A stretch of DNA of 64,000 nt from Deinococcota bacterium. Its GTDB lineage: Bacteria; Deinococcota; Deinococci; Deinococcales; Thermaceae. Location of the stretch: the NCBI GenBank assembly GCA_041695225.1, contig JBGFRI010000035.1:64001-128000 (forward strand), written 5' to 3'. The translations under genes were made by a program, and so were the position numbers. Under the pieces are notes generated by a model. The model was not told where the DNA came from and made no database searches. It worked only from the letters and a program-made list of their open reading frames with translations. Below are positions 18,861 through 28,370 of the stretch, piece by piece. Positions within the stretch are counted from its first letter, which is position 1; each line of letters opens with the position of its first letter.

Positions 18861-20138
18861 CTACGGATACAGTCCCAGCAAGGACCGTGCCTCCAGAACC
18901 CGCGTAGCGGCCACGATGTAGGCTGCGGTACGCAGGGAAACTTTTTTGTCGTGGGCCACCTGCCAGACCGCTTCAATGGACTGGCGCATCAGGCGCTCGA
19001 GCCTGGCATTAATTTCCTCTTCGCTCCAGAAAAAGCTATTGAAGTCCTGCACCCATTCGAAGTAACTTACCGTTACCCCGCCCGCATTGGCAATCACATC
19101 GGGAATGACCAGCACCCCTCGCTCGGCCAGAATGTCGTCGGCGGCAGGTGTGGTGGGGCCGTTGGCCCCCTCGGCGATAATTTTGCACTGTAACTTCCAG
19201 GCGTTGGCTTCGGTGATCTGCTTTTCCAGCGCAGCCGGAACCAGAAACTCGCACGGGGTGGTCAGCACCTCGGCAGCCGGGATGGGCTCGGCCCTGGCAT
19301 AGCCTTTCACCCCGCCCATCTGTTTCACATAAATGTTCAGATCGTAGGGGTCTATCCCAGCATCATTGCGAATACCCCCGGTTACGTCGGAGATGGCGAT
19401 AACCTTAGCCCCGTGATCGTGGAAGATGCGGGCTGCAGCATTACCCACGTTGCCAAAACCCTGTATGGCTACCCGGCTACCTGCAATGGGCAGACCAATT
19501 TTTGCGGCCGCAACCGCCGAGGTCACGAATACCCCTCGGCCGGTAGCATCCTGCCGCCCCAGTGAACCGCCCACCGCAATGGGTTTGCCGGTGACAACCC
19601 CCGGCGCCGTGCGCCCCACGTTCATGGAGAAGGTATCCATCATCCAGGCCATTTCACGAGCACCAGTTCCCATATCTGGGGCGGGAATGTCTTTATCCGG
19701 GCCAATGATGATACCAATTTCGGAGGTATAGCGGCGGGTCAGGCGTTCGATTTCGCCGGGGCTGAGCTTGCGGGGGTCTACCCGGATACCCCCCTTGCCG
19801 CCCCCATAGGGCAGGCCCACCGCTGCGTTTTTGATGGTCATCCAGGCCGCCAGCGCCATGACCTCCGACAGGGTCACATCCTGGTGGTAGCGAACACCTC
19901 CCTTGGCAGGGCCACGAAAAGTGTTGTGGTGAATCCGATAACCCTCGAAGTGAGCCACCGAGCCATCGTCCATCTGGATGGGCACATCTACAATCAGGAT
20001 ACGTTTGGGTCGCTTGAGGTCCTCGACCCAGAAGGCCAGTCTGCCCAGATAGGGGGTGACCCGGTCTACCTGGGCCAGATAGATCTCCCAGGGGCCGATA
20101 TTTTCGCTAGAAAGGTAAGAAAGGGTTTCAGATTTCAT
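18861..20138 (-). CDS. gdhB: Glutamate dehydrogenase, catalytic subunit
   Basis: GPAKGG, GGGKGG, PAPD, QGFGNVG and NAGGV motifs; N-terminus MKSE.LSYL as in Thermus GdhB. Confidence 0.92.
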   Translation of the reverse strand: MKSETLSYLSSENIGPWEIYLAQVDRVTPYLGRLAFWVEDLKRPKRILIVDVPIQMDDGSVAHFEGYRIHHNTFRGPAKGGVRYHQDVTLSEVMALAAWMTIKNAAVGLPYGGGKGGIRVDPRKLSPGEIERLTRRYTSEIGIIIGPDKDIPAPDMGTGAREMAWMMDTFSMNVGRTAPGVVTGKPIAVGGSLGRQDATGRGVFVTSAVAAAKIGLPIAGSRVAIQGFGNVGNAAARIFHDHGAKVIAISDVTGGIRNDAGIDPYDLNIYVKQMGGVKGYARAEPIPAAEVLTTPCEFLVPAALEKQITEANAWKLQCKIIAEGANGPTTPAADDILAERGVLVIPDVIANAGGVTVSYFEWVQDFNSFFWSEEEINARLERLMRQSIEAVWQVAHDKKVSLRTAAYIVAATRVLEARSLLGLYP

Positions 20139-20286
20139 GGGTTCCTCCAGAAAGCGGATAGCTGATAGCCAGAATTTGCCGGAGCAACCTGGGTTCGGCA
20201 GGACAGGATACAGCGCTCTGTATCAGCAATCCTCGGTGTGAGGTCATTGGCTATGGGCAGCGGGCTATCCGCTACCGAGCTGCTCT

Positions 20287-21561
20287 TCACGGATACACTC
20301 CCCGTAAGCGGCTAGCCTCGTTGATACGCTCAACCGCCAGCGCATAGGCGCCAGTGCGTAGATCGCCCTTCAGAGGTCTGGCCCGCTCAAGTACCGCCTG
20401 CAAGGTCTGGTGGATAAAGTCGCGTAACTTCTGCTGCACCTCACCCTCTTCAAAGAAGAGCATCGAGAGGTCTTGCACCCACTCCAGGTACGAGAGGACC
20501 AGCCCCCCACCGCTGGCCAGGATGTCCGGCACAACCTGGACACCCTGGAGCTTGAGAAAATACTCGGCCTCGGGGGTGATGGCGCCGTTGGCCCCTTCCA
20601 GCACCACCTTAGCGGCGATCTGCTGGGCGTTGTGCTCGTTGATTACGCCTTCCACTGCTGCTGGAACCAGATAGTCTACCTTTAGGGTCAGCAGCTCGTG
20701 ATTGGTGAGGTGCCTGCCGCCAGGAAAACCAACTAGCTGCCCATGCTCGGCATAGTGCTGCTCGAGGGCAGCAACGTCCAGCCCTTCGGGATTATGTGCG
20801 CCGCCCTGGCTGGTCGAGACTGCCACCACCTTCAGGCCTTCCCTGGTTGCGTATCGGGCCACCGCACTGCCCACCTGCCCAAAGCCCTGAATGGCAACGC
20901 TGGCCCCCTCTAGCGGCCAGCCATTGACCCGGGCCAGGTCGGATAGCATGTAAACCAGCCCCTGCCCACCGCCTTCGTCCTTGACCGCTACTCCTCCAAG
21001 CTGGGTGGGTTTGCCGGTTACGGCGCTCAGGGTAGTCTGGCCACGGGTCATGGCAAAGGTATCCTGGAACCAGGCCATAACGGTCTGGTTGGTGCCTACA
21101 TCGGGGGCCAGTACATCTTCGTCTGGCCCGATCAGCTCGATGAGTTCGGTCACGTAGCGGCGCGAGACCCGCTCGAGCTCGCGCCGCGAGAGCTTGTCCG
21201 GGTCTACCACCACCCCTCCCGCCGACCCCCCAAAGGGCAGGCCAAACACCGCCGATTTCAGGGTCATCCAGGCGGCCATACCGCAGGTCTGGCCGAACCC
21301 TACCTGGGGGTGATAGCGCACCCCACCCAGGGCCGGGCCACGGGCCATATTGTGAATCACCCGGTAAGCGGTGAAATTGTGCACACGGCCATCATCCATG
21401 ACTACCGGCAGCGAGACCACCACCGTGCGTTTGGGGTGGGTCAGGTACTGGATGGTGGCAGGGTGAATTCTGGCTACCTTGATGGTGGCCTCGAGGCGGC
21501 GTAAAAAGCTCCCCCACAAGGATGCGTCCCCTGGGGGAGTATAGGCGTTTCTGAGTGGCAT
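20287..21561 (-). CDS. gdhA: Glutamate dehydrogenase regulatory (catalytically degenerate) subunit
   Basis: GDH fold but with GPALGG and GGSAGG (both lysines lost); lies upstream of gdhB as in T. thermophilus. Confidence 0.85.
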   Translation of the reverse strand: MPLRNAYTPPGDASLWGSFLRRLEATIKVARIHPATIQYLTHPKRTVVVSLPVVMDDGRVHNFTAYRVIHNMARGPALGGVRYHPQVGFGQTCGMAAWMTLKSAVFGLPFGGSAGGVVVDPDKLSRRELERVSRRYVTELIELIGPDEDVLAPDVGTNQTVMAWFQDTFAMTRGQTTLSAVTGKPTQLGGVAVKDEGGGQGLVYMLSDLARVNGWPLEGASVAIQGFGQVGSAVARYATREGLKVVAVSTSQGGAHNPEGLDVAALEQHYAEHGQLVGFPGGRHLTNHELLTLKVDYLVPAAVEGVINEHNAQQIAAKVVLEGANGAITPEAEYFLKLQGVQVVPDILASGGGLVLSYLEWVQDLSMLFFEEGEVQQKLRDFIHQTLQAVLERARPLKGDLRTGAYALAVERINEASRLRGVYP

Positions 21562-21687
21562 TATGAAACCTCCTCTTCACAAGTCTCGGGGCCATTCTGC
21601 CAGAAGCTGGCATGGGCGTTTGCCCCTAATTTCGTCGTCCATGAGTATACCCGGATGCTGGAGGTAACTAGGCTCCTTACCAAACTC

Positions 21688-21901
21688 GCCGATAGCCGAT
21701 AGCTGATAGCCAGTCGAAGGCTGAAAGCTAAAAGCCTAAAGCCGAAAGCTAAAAGCCTTAGGCCCTCAGCCTTCAGCCTTCGACCTGCGACTTGCGACCT
21801 GAGACCAACTTCTGACCTGCGACTTGCGACCTGCGACTGATTTTTGACCCTCGACCCTCGACCCTCGACCAACTTCTGACCTGCGATCCGAGACCTGCGA
21901 C
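21688..21901. repeat. Large heptamer-repeat cassette
   Basis: About 9 forward units (GCCGATA/GCTAAAA), AAGC-CT centre, ~16 reverse units (CTGCGAC/CCTCGAC) interrupted by three 11-nt spacers (CAACTTCTGAC x2, TGATTTTTGAC). Confidence 0.92.
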
Positions 21902-21962
21902 AGCCTACTCAGTCTTATTGCCGACCCTCTGCCAGACCAGTTAGGCTGTAGCCGGTGATGGA

Positions 21963-22334
21963 ATGAGCGAAGCCCGCACACTTGAACTGGTCTTTCCCGA
22001 GCATGTCAACCCTGGCGGCAACGCCTTTGGTGGCTTCGTCATGGGCCTGATGGATAAGGTCGGCTCGTATGCCGCTATCCGGCGCGCGCGCAAATCTTGT
22101 GTGACGGTGCGGGTGAGCGAGGTGGTGTTTGAAGTGCCCATCAAGATGGGAGACCTGCTGGAAGTGGTGGCCAGAGTAGTGCGGGTGGGCCGTACCTCGC
22201 TTACGGTCGAGGTGGAGGTCTACCGCGAAAACCTGCGCGAGTCCAAGGTGCTGGCCACCAAAGGCAACCTGATCTATGTGGCCGTGGACGAACAGGGCCG
22301 GCCCACGCCGGTGGATGGGGGGTCAGAGCGGTAG
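21963..22334 (+). CDS. Acyl-CoA thioesterase (hotdog fold, YciA-like)
   Basis: VFPEHVNPGGNAFGG..MD, VGRTS and YVAVDEQGRPTP motifs. Confidence 0.9.
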   Translation: MSEARTLELVFPEHVNPGGNAFGGFVMGLMDKVGSYAAIRRARKSCVTVRVSEVVFEVPIKMGDLLEVVARVVRVGRTSLTVEVEVYRENLRESKVLATKGNLIYVAVDEQGRPTPVDGGSER

Positions 22335-22985
22335 GGACTCGAGTTCCCCCAGGCTTTCCAGCGTCCAGTCGGGCTGGGGAGCATGGGTCTCAGGGGCCAG
22401 GCCCCATCGGTTGCACCAGGCTACCCTGAAACCAAAGGCCCTGGCCCCGGCCACATCCCAGCCACTAGACGAAACGAAAACAATCTCCTGGGGAACAGCA
22501 AAGAAAGCCCGGACGGCCAGGTCGTAGACTTTTGGGCTGGGTTTGTAGGCTTTGGTGGCCTCGGCGCTCAGAAGATGGGTGAAGTAGTTTAGCAAGCGGT
22601 TGTGTTGTACCACCTCGCCCAACATTTCCTCGCTGCCGTTGGAGAGAATTGCCAGCGGATAGCGGACCGACAAGCGCGACAAAACCGCCCGTACCTCCGG
22701 GTAGGTGGGTAGGGTCAGGTAACCTTGCATCAGCTGCTCCTGCTGCGCTGTATCGAGTGGCAGTAAGAGAGCAGAACAAGCATGATAGAGCCCCAGCCGG
22801 GTGATGGTCCAGAAGTCCTGATACTGGCCCATGAGCGACAGTAGCCAGGAGTACTCGAGCTGCTTCCTGCGCCACAACTCCGCAAGCGCCGCACCCTGGC
22901 CAGGAAGGATAATCTCACACTCGCGGCTCAAATACTGTAGATCAAACAAGGTTCCATACGCATCGAAGACCACTGCTCTGGGCAT
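22323..22985 (-). CDS. Haloacid dehalogenase type II
   Basis: FDAYGTLFD, WRRKQLEYSWL, ILSNG, YKP and VSSSGWDVAGA motifs. Confidence 0.9.
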   Translation of the reverse strand: MPRAVVFDAYGTLFDLQYLSRECEIILPGQGAALAELWRRKQLEYSWLLSLMGQYQDFWTITRLGLYHACSALLLPLDTAQQEQLMQGYLTLPTYPEVRAVLSRLSVRYPLAILSNGSEEMLGEVVQHNRLLNYFTHLLSAEATKAYKPSPKVYDLAVRAFFAVPQEIVFVSSSGWDVAGARAFGFRVAWCNRWGLAPETHAPQPDWTLESLGELESLPL

Positions 22986-23002
22986 ACTTTAGGTTAGCAA
23001 AA

Positions 23003-23193
23003 GCCGATAGCTAATAGCCCATAGCTTATAGTCAATAGCCGATAGTCAATAGCCGATAGTCAATAGCCGATAGTCAATAGCCGATAGTCGATAGCCGATA
23101 GTCAATAGCCGATAGTCGATAGCCGATAGTCGATAGCCGATAGTCGATAGCCGATAGCCAATAGCTGATAGCTTTTGACCTGCGACCCGAGAT
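23003..23193. repeat. Heptamer-repeat cassette with a 24-unit forward arm
   Basis: 24 consecutive GYYNATA units (23003-23170), mostly alternating GCCGATA/GTCRATA; AGCT centre; then TTTTGAC CTGCGAC CCGAGAT. Confidence 0.95.
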
Positions 23194-23214
23194 GTGAGGC
23201 ATTCTATTAAATGT

Positions 23215-23445
23215 TGGCAACCCAGATCAATGCTAGGTTTGGGTAGCCACGAGGGCACCTGCCCCGACAGCAGGAAGGTAGCCACCTTAGCCGTACGGGC
23301 TCAAGGTGATTTGATTCGTTAGCTCTGAGTCTGGTCGCGCGGGGGCCAAGGTTGGTCAGGGCACACCAGGCCTGCGAACCGAAGCGGCGTCAGACCATCT
23401 GGCTCCAGGTCGCAGGCGCACCCAGGACGCTGTCTGAGGCCCCGC
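23215..23445. ncRNA. Candidate structured non-coding RNA (family unknown)
   Basis: Four consecutive stem-loops in a long intergenic gap; no recognisable Rfam consensus. Confidence 0.35.
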
Positions 23446-23575
23446 AGCTTCTACTTTTCAAGCTTGCCAGGCCTCACCTCCCCCGAAAACTTGGGATGGC
23501 GTCTATCGGAACTCTGGCAGAAATTGCCATATCTAGCCCAGTAGCCAGCCTGCCCTGCTATCATGTCGGGGTTAT

Positions 23576-24541
23576 ATGGTGGTACTGCCTACCCCCGAAA
23601 ACCTAAAGCGGGCTGCCCAGATCATCCGCGGCGGCGGGCTGGTGGCTTTTCCTACCGAGACTGTTTACGGCCTGGGTGCCAGTGCACTCAATGCTATGGC
23701 GGTGGCCAAAATCTTTGAAGTTAAACAGCGCCCAAGCTTTGACCCTTTGATTGCTCACGTGTCGGACCGGAACATGTTGCAGAAAGTTGTGCAGGAGATT
23801 CCGGGGATGGCCGAGAGGCTGATGGAGCGCTTCTGGCCCGGCCCCCTGACTCTGGTGTTGGCAAAATCCGATCTGGTTCCCGGCATCGTGACCTCGGGCC
23901 TGCCGACGGTGGCGGTGCGGATGCCCTCCCACCCGGTGGCCCTGGAGCTAATTGGGCGGGCAGGGGTGCCGGTGGCTGCGCCCAGCGCCAATCCTTTTGG
24001 CTATCTGAGCCCAACCAGGGCCGAGCATGTCGAGCGCATGCTGGGTGAACGGGTAGACCTGATCCTGGATGGGGGAAGGTCGGAGCATGGCCTTGAATCT
24101 ACCATCGTATTGCTGGCGGAAAAACCCGTCTTGCTGCGCTACGGCGCGGTGGCGGTGGAAGAGCTGGAAAAAGTGCTGGGTTCGTTGGAGTTGCAGGTGG
24201 CGGAGAGCGAACGACCCCTGGTCCCGGGCCAGCTGCCCCAGCACTATGCACCACTTACTCCCATTCAGATCGCCTCTCCAGAATCCGTACCAGCAGGGCT
24301 TCGGAAACGGGCGGGCTGTCTGGCCTTCCAGCGAGTGCCAAAGGGTTTCAAAGTAGTCAAGGTGTTGTCCCCCACGGGTGACTTGCGAGAAGCGGCGGCG
24401 CATTTATTTGAAGCACTGCATCAGCTCGACCGGCTGGGCTTAGAGGTGATCTATGCCGAGCCGACGCCCGAGGAGGGGCTGGGCCGGGCTATCATGGATC
24501 GTTTGCGGCGGGCCTCCAAAAAGGGCAAGGACCGAATTTGA
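23576..24541 (+). CDS. sua5: Threonylcarbamoyl-AMP synthase (Sua5 type)
   Basis: VAFPTETVYGLG, WPGPLT, APSAN, ESTI, HYAP and AIMDRLRRA motifs. Confidence 0.93.
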   Translation: MVVLPTPENLKRAAQIIRGGGLVAFPTETVYGLGASALNAMAVAKIFEVKQRPSFDPLIAHVSDRNMLQKVVQEIPGMAERLMERFWPGPLTLVLAKSDLVPGIVTSGLPTVAVRMPSHPVALELIGRAGVPVAAPSANPFGYLSPTRAEHVERMLGERVDLILDGGRSEHGLESTIVLLAEKPVLLRYGAVAVEELEKVLGSLELQVAESERPLVPGQLPQHYAPLTPIQIASPESVPAGLRKRAGCLAFQRVPKGFKVVKVLSPTGDLREAAAHLFEALHQLDRLGLEVIYAEPTPEEGLGRAIMDRLRRASKKGKDRI

Positions 24542-24573
24542 GATAGCGAGCACCCAGCCTGCCTGTCCCACCT

Positions 24574-25185
24574 CTAACCGCGGTGCCGCTCGAGCTGAAC
24601 CAGTCGCATGACTGCCAGCTGGGTAAAACCCTCCCATTCCTCGGGTACGGCCTCGATGGGCTCGAGTAGAAACCGGCGCTCGAAGAAGGAGCGCTGTTTG
24701 CGGATGCGGTAGCGGTTGTGGCCGTAGGAGTCGGCTACCAGATAGGTTGGGTTGAGGAAGTACATGACTGCCCAGTCAATGACCCAGCCAACAAGCGGAA
24801 TTTGATCAATAAAACCCGCGATGCCTTCTATAACCTTGATCCAGGGGTTTTCTTCCTTTACGTAGTAGATAATGTTGCCCTGGGCATCCCTAACAAAGTA
24901 GCGGGTACGCCACAACGAGTTCCAGCCGTCATTCTCGACGCTGCCCACCAGCTGCCCGGCGGCATCTTTGATCAGGTGCTTGGCCCCAAAGCCCACCACC
25001 CGGTCGGCCTCGAGGGTGTATAGCAGCTGGCTCTTGCTTCTATCGGCAAAGACCGAGGTGGCCTCGCGCAGGGTGAAAATCTTCTGCTTGAAGGTAAGTA
25101 AATTCCGCCCAGAGGCGTCCTCGAGGTGCAGCTCGGGCGAGAAAGAAAAAATGGGCCACTTGACCTCCCAGGGATAGCTACTCAT
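24574..25185 (-). CDS. Conserved hypothetical protein (LURP-one/scramblase-like)
   Basis: KQKIFTLRE, WNSLWR and EENPWIK patterns; TAAGCT 7 nt before the ATG. Confidence 0.6.
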   Translation of the reverse strand: MSSYPWEVKWPIFSFSPELHLEDASGRNLLTFKQKIFTLREATSVFADRSKSQLLYTLEADRVVGFGAKHLIKDAAGQLVGSVENDGWNSLWRTRYFVRDAQGNIIYYVKEENPWIKVIEGIAGFIDQIPLVGWVIDWAVMYFLNPTYLVADSYGHNRYRIRKQRSFFERRFLLEPIEAVPEEWEGFTQLAVMRLVQLERHRG

Positions 25186-25297
25186 AACCACAAGCTTAAC
25201 CGCCGGTTGTCTGGTGGAGTTAATAAACCACCAAGTTAAGAGTGAAAAAGGTTACACCGGGCTAGCAAGGTAAGGCTTGTTACCTTTGGCCCAGGGC

Positions 25298-25921
25298 CTA
25301 GCCCCTGGTGGCCAGGCCTGCAATGTGTGGGCCGGCGATGGGAAGCGGGATGGTGAACTCCTCCACCTGTAACCGGGAAAAACCGGCCTGCTGTAGCTTG
25401 GGTAGAATCTCGCGATTGGGGTGGCAGCCATCGCCAACCATGCGCCAGACCGGGGTGATGAGGTCTTGCAGCACGCGGGCGGGGCTGCCCCTGGGAGCCG
25501 CCACATGCTCGATAAAGGCAAACTGCCCACCGGGCCTGAGTACCCGCTGAATTTCTGCAAGGGTCTGTTCCAGGCTTCGCACCGAACACAGTACCAGGCT
25601 GCTCACTACCGCATCGGCAGAGCAGTCTGCCAGGGGAATTTGCTCCGAGCCCTCCCCCAGTAACTCAATCGCCAGACCCAGCCTGCGGGCTTCCTGGCGT
25701 AGATACGGGTGCATGTGCAGGTTGGGCTCGAGGCCAATCCAGCGAATCTCTGGGCGAAAAAAAGCCAAATTGGCTCCCGTGCCGGGGCCAATTTCCAGCA
25801 CCGTACCCTGCAAGCCCCCAAACAAGGCACGCTTGTGGCGGTAGACCAACTGCCCGTGGGCCGGGCCGGCCTTGCTCATGGCCCAGGCAAAACAACGTGC
25901 GTACCAGCCTTGCTTGGTCAT
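25298..25921 (-). CDS. Class I SAM-dependent methyltransferase (METTL7-like)
   Basis: VLEIGPGTG, LVLCSV, RVLRPGG..FIEHV and GCHPNR motifs. Confidence 0.9.
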   Translation of the reverse strand: MTKQGWYARCFAWAMSKAGPAHGQLVYRHKRALFGGLQGTVLEIGPGTGANLAFFRPEIRWIGLEPNLHMHPYLRQEARRLGLAIELLGEGSEQIPLADCSADAVVSSLVLCSVRSLEQTLAEIQRVLRPGGQFAFIEHVAAPRGSPARVLQDLITPVWRMVGDGCHPNREILPKLQQAGFSRLQVEEFTIPLPIAGPHIAGLATRG

Positions 25922-26031
25922 GGCCTAAGCGTACCGCTTTCATGCGCCAGCAGGTGTGCTGGCTGACCCCTTGAAGGAAAGGCAGTCGAGCCGCCTGACC
26001 ACACTCTGCAAGGGCTGGCTATAACAGCTAG

Positions 26032-26430
26032 CTAATTGAGCGTGCGCGACTGGGGTTGCGGAAGCCGCAGGGCAAAGGCTGGAATTTCCACGCGGAACAG
26101 CTCGCCCAGGGTGTTCTGGAAGGTGTAATACCCCTGCATCCAACCCGGTGGGTGGGCGATGGGGCAAAAGCTGTTGTATTGATAGCTCTGCCCAGGCTCC
26201 AGGATGGGTTTTTCGCCTACAACCCCCTCGCCCTGCACATGTCCCACCTCGCCACTGCCGTCGTGGATGAACCATTCGCGGCTCAAAAGCTGAACGGTCT
26301 GGTGACCCCGGTTTTCCAGGGTAATGAAGTAGATGAAAACATGCTGCCCGGGCCTCGAGTGTTGCTCGGCATACACCACCTCCACGCTGATGTGGATGCT
26401 ATCGCGGATAGGCAGGTTTGCTGATTGCAT
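26032..26430 (-). CDS. apaG: ApaG protein
   Basis: VQLLSREW.I, GEGVVGEKP.LEPG and G.MQGYY motifs. Confidence 0.92.
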   Translation of the reverse strand: MQSANLPIRDSIHISVEVVYAEQHSRPGQHVFIYFITLENRGHQTVQLLSREWFIHDGSGEVGHVQGEGVVGEKPILEPGQSYQYNSFCPIAHPPGWMQGYYTFQNTLGELFRVEIPAFALRLPQPQSRTLN

Positions 26431-26651
26431 CCTATTAGCATAAGCGCTCAGAGGTTTTGAAAATGAATGCTGTAGCGGAAATACCAGTTTGTATCGGGAG
26501 CCCTGCTTGCTGAGCGGGTTGGGCCAGAAAGAGCTATGGACTGGACAATGGATTGGCCGGGGATGCGGGTGAGTAATCTATAGACTGAACAATAGGGTGG
26601 CCGGGGATGGGGGAGATTAATCTAATCGGTTTTTGACCGGTAAGCAGCGCT

Positions 26652-27809
26652 TTACAGCGGGTCATCCTGAAACAGGACTGTTTTGAGATACAGCGATTCT
26701 GGCACATGCAGGCTCCAGGGGTGGTCGGAGGGATTGTAGTGGATGGTATGTATCCTCAGGCGACGGCCTTCATCGGCGGCGGCGCGACGGGTGACCTCGA
26801 GCAGCTCCTCCACCCCCAGGTAGTAAGCACAGCTCGATAGCCAAAGCCATCCTTCCCGGTCCAGTAGCCGCAGGGCGGGCCGCAGTAAGTCCACCAGCAG
26901 TCGTTTGACCCTGGGTAGCTGGTCGGGTTTTTTGACCAGGGTGGGGGGGTCGAGCAGCACCTGCTGGAAGGGTGGGGTTTTGCTCCGGGCCAGGTTTTCC
27001 AGCACTTCAAGGGCGTCTCCCTGGCGAATATCCACCCGCAAGCCGTGGCTCGAAGCGGTGCGGTCCAGCACCCCCAGTGCGTCCAGGTCTTTGTCCACCG
27101 CCAGCGCATAGGCCCCCTTGCGGGCAGCCCGCAGCGCAAAGGCCCCCACGTAGCTGTACACGTCCAGCACCCGCTGGCCCGGCTGGGTCATCTGCTCGAG
27201 TAGCCTGCGGTTCTCGCGCTGGTCCAGGTAGTAGCCGGTTTTTTGTGCTAACCCTAGCGGGATAGAAAAGACCAGCCCGTCCTCACACACTTCCAGCGTC
27301 TGCGGCGCCTCGCCATAGATAGCCCCCACCTTCTCTGGCAGCCCCTCCTGCCGCCGGCTATCGGTGTCGGACCGTTCGTAGATGCCAGTGGGCTGAGTCG
27401 CCTCGATAAGGACCGGTAGCCAAACTTCCCGTAGGGCCTCCATGGCCCGGTTGCGCACCTGTACTACCAGTACCCCACCATAGCGATCCACCACCAGCCC
27501 TGGCAGACCATCGGCTTCGGCGTGTACCAGGCGGTGAAATTCGCCTAGCCTGGCCCGTTTTTCCTTGGCCCGCCCGAAGCGTTGGAGGAAGAATTTCTTG
27601 TCCAGTGGACCGTCGTCAAAGCGGTAGACCCGCACTGCTGCTCGGCTGCCTGGGTCGAAGTAGCCCACGCCCAGGAAGTCGTTTTCACTGGAAAAAACCC
27701 GTACAATTCCCGCCCCCTGCGGCGCCGATTCCAGTTCGTCGGCGAACAACCCCGGATAGAAATTGCGCACCTTTTTGTCTTTGCCAGGCTTGGCGATGAC
27801 CCTTTGCAC
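26652..27809 (-). CDS. RlmI/RlmK-family rRNA methyltransferase
   Basis: [34 protein letters not shown] and DHP..YLK motifs. Confidence 0.88.
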   Translation of the reverse strand: MQRVIAKPGKDKKVRNFYPGLFADELESAPQGAGIVRVFSSENDFLGVGYFDPGSRAAVRVYRFDDGPLDKKFFLQRFGRAKEKRARLGEFHRLVHAEADGLPGLVVDRYGGVLVVQVRNRAMEALREVWLPVLIEATQPTGIYERSDTDSRRQEGLPEKVGAIYGEAPQTLEVCEDGLVFSIPLGLAQKTGYYLDQRENRRLLEQMTQPGQRVLDVYSYVGAFALRAARKGAYALAVDKDLDALGVLDRTASSHGLRVDIRQGDALEVLENLARSKTPPFQQVLLDPPTLVKKPDQLPRVKRLLVDLLRPALRLLDREGWLWLSSCAYYLGVEELLEVTRRAAADEGRRLRIHTIHYNPSDHPWSLHVPESLYLKTVLFQDDPL

Positions 27810-28049
27810 TTACTTGAGCATAAAGGAAAAAATCCCCCGAGCTGGTGGGTGGAGGGAATTTAGCCTGCGTAGTACGGCTTGGCCCCCAGAGTGTGCTCAG
27901 TGTTCGTTACACTCTCGTGCGGGGCTCTATGCAGGGTGGTGGGTTGCGCACTAGGCGCGGTCTGAGGTCTGTAGATCTTGGTGAGTGCTTCTGCAGCTGT
28001 CGCGTTGAAAAGCTGGCCAAATCGCTCGCTGCAACGTTTTAGCCCTTGG

Positions 28050-28180
28050 ACAGGCGCACCCTTAGAGCTGGTGGTAGAACGTATGGGACATGCTAATCGG
28101 AAAATCGCCTTAGGCGTTTACCGCCAACTGTTACAACACGAACACAAGGGCTGGGTGATTGACCGCGAAGACTTGCTGAA
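28050..28180 (+). pseudogene. Tyrosine integrase C-terminal fragment
   Basis: GAPLELVVERMGHANRKIALGVYRQL resembles integrase box II (LGH...Y); it converges on a tRNA 3' end. Confidence 0.65.
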
Positions 28181-28184
28181 GAAT

Positions 28185-28243
28185 GTCGCAGGTCTCAAGT
28201 CACAGGTCCCAGGTCTTTTGACATGCGACACGTGACATGCGAC
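28185..28243. repeat. Heptamer-repeat cassette (hairpin type)
   Basis: GTCGCAG GTCTCAA GTCACAG GTCCCAG GTC-TTTT-GAC ATGCGAC ACGTGAC ATGCGAC. Confidence 0.9.
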
Positions 28244-28250
28244 GTTGTAT

Positions 28251-28327
28251 TGGTGGGCCGTGCAGGACTTGAACCCGCGACCTGGCGATTATGAGTCGCT
28301 TGCTCTGACCAACTGAGCTAACGGCCC
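28251..28327 (-). tRNA. tRNA-Ile2 (CAT anticodon, lysidine type)
   Basis: 77-nt cloverleaf GGGCCGTTAGCTCAGTTGGTCAGAGCAAGCGACTCATAATCGCCAGGTCGCGGGTTCAAGTCCTGCACGGCCCACCA, resembling E. coli ileX. Confidence 0.9.
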
Positions 28328-28370
28328 CCGCTCACTGCAAAGGCCAGTTTAGCTGGTTTGTTTGAATTGC

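Noticed and set aside
23046..23285. ORF with repeating LSAIGYR/LSTIGYR peptide (also 21561..21872, 29521..29967, 29701..30054, 31483..31668)
   Set aside because: These are translation artefacts of stop-free frames in heptamer arrays, with no RBS or -10 support.
23250..23300. SRP RNA or SAM-I riboswitch at CAGCAGGAAGGTAGC
   Set aside because: It lacks the SRP CAGG-x-GRAA-x-AGCAG helix 8 order and the SAM-I AUC/GCAACC/GAU core.
28251..28327. tRNA-Met or initiator tRNA assignment
   Set aside because: G1-C72 is paired and the three G-C anticodon-stem pairs of fMet are absent; the sequence resembles Ile2 (ileX). A tRNAscan isotype model would confirm.
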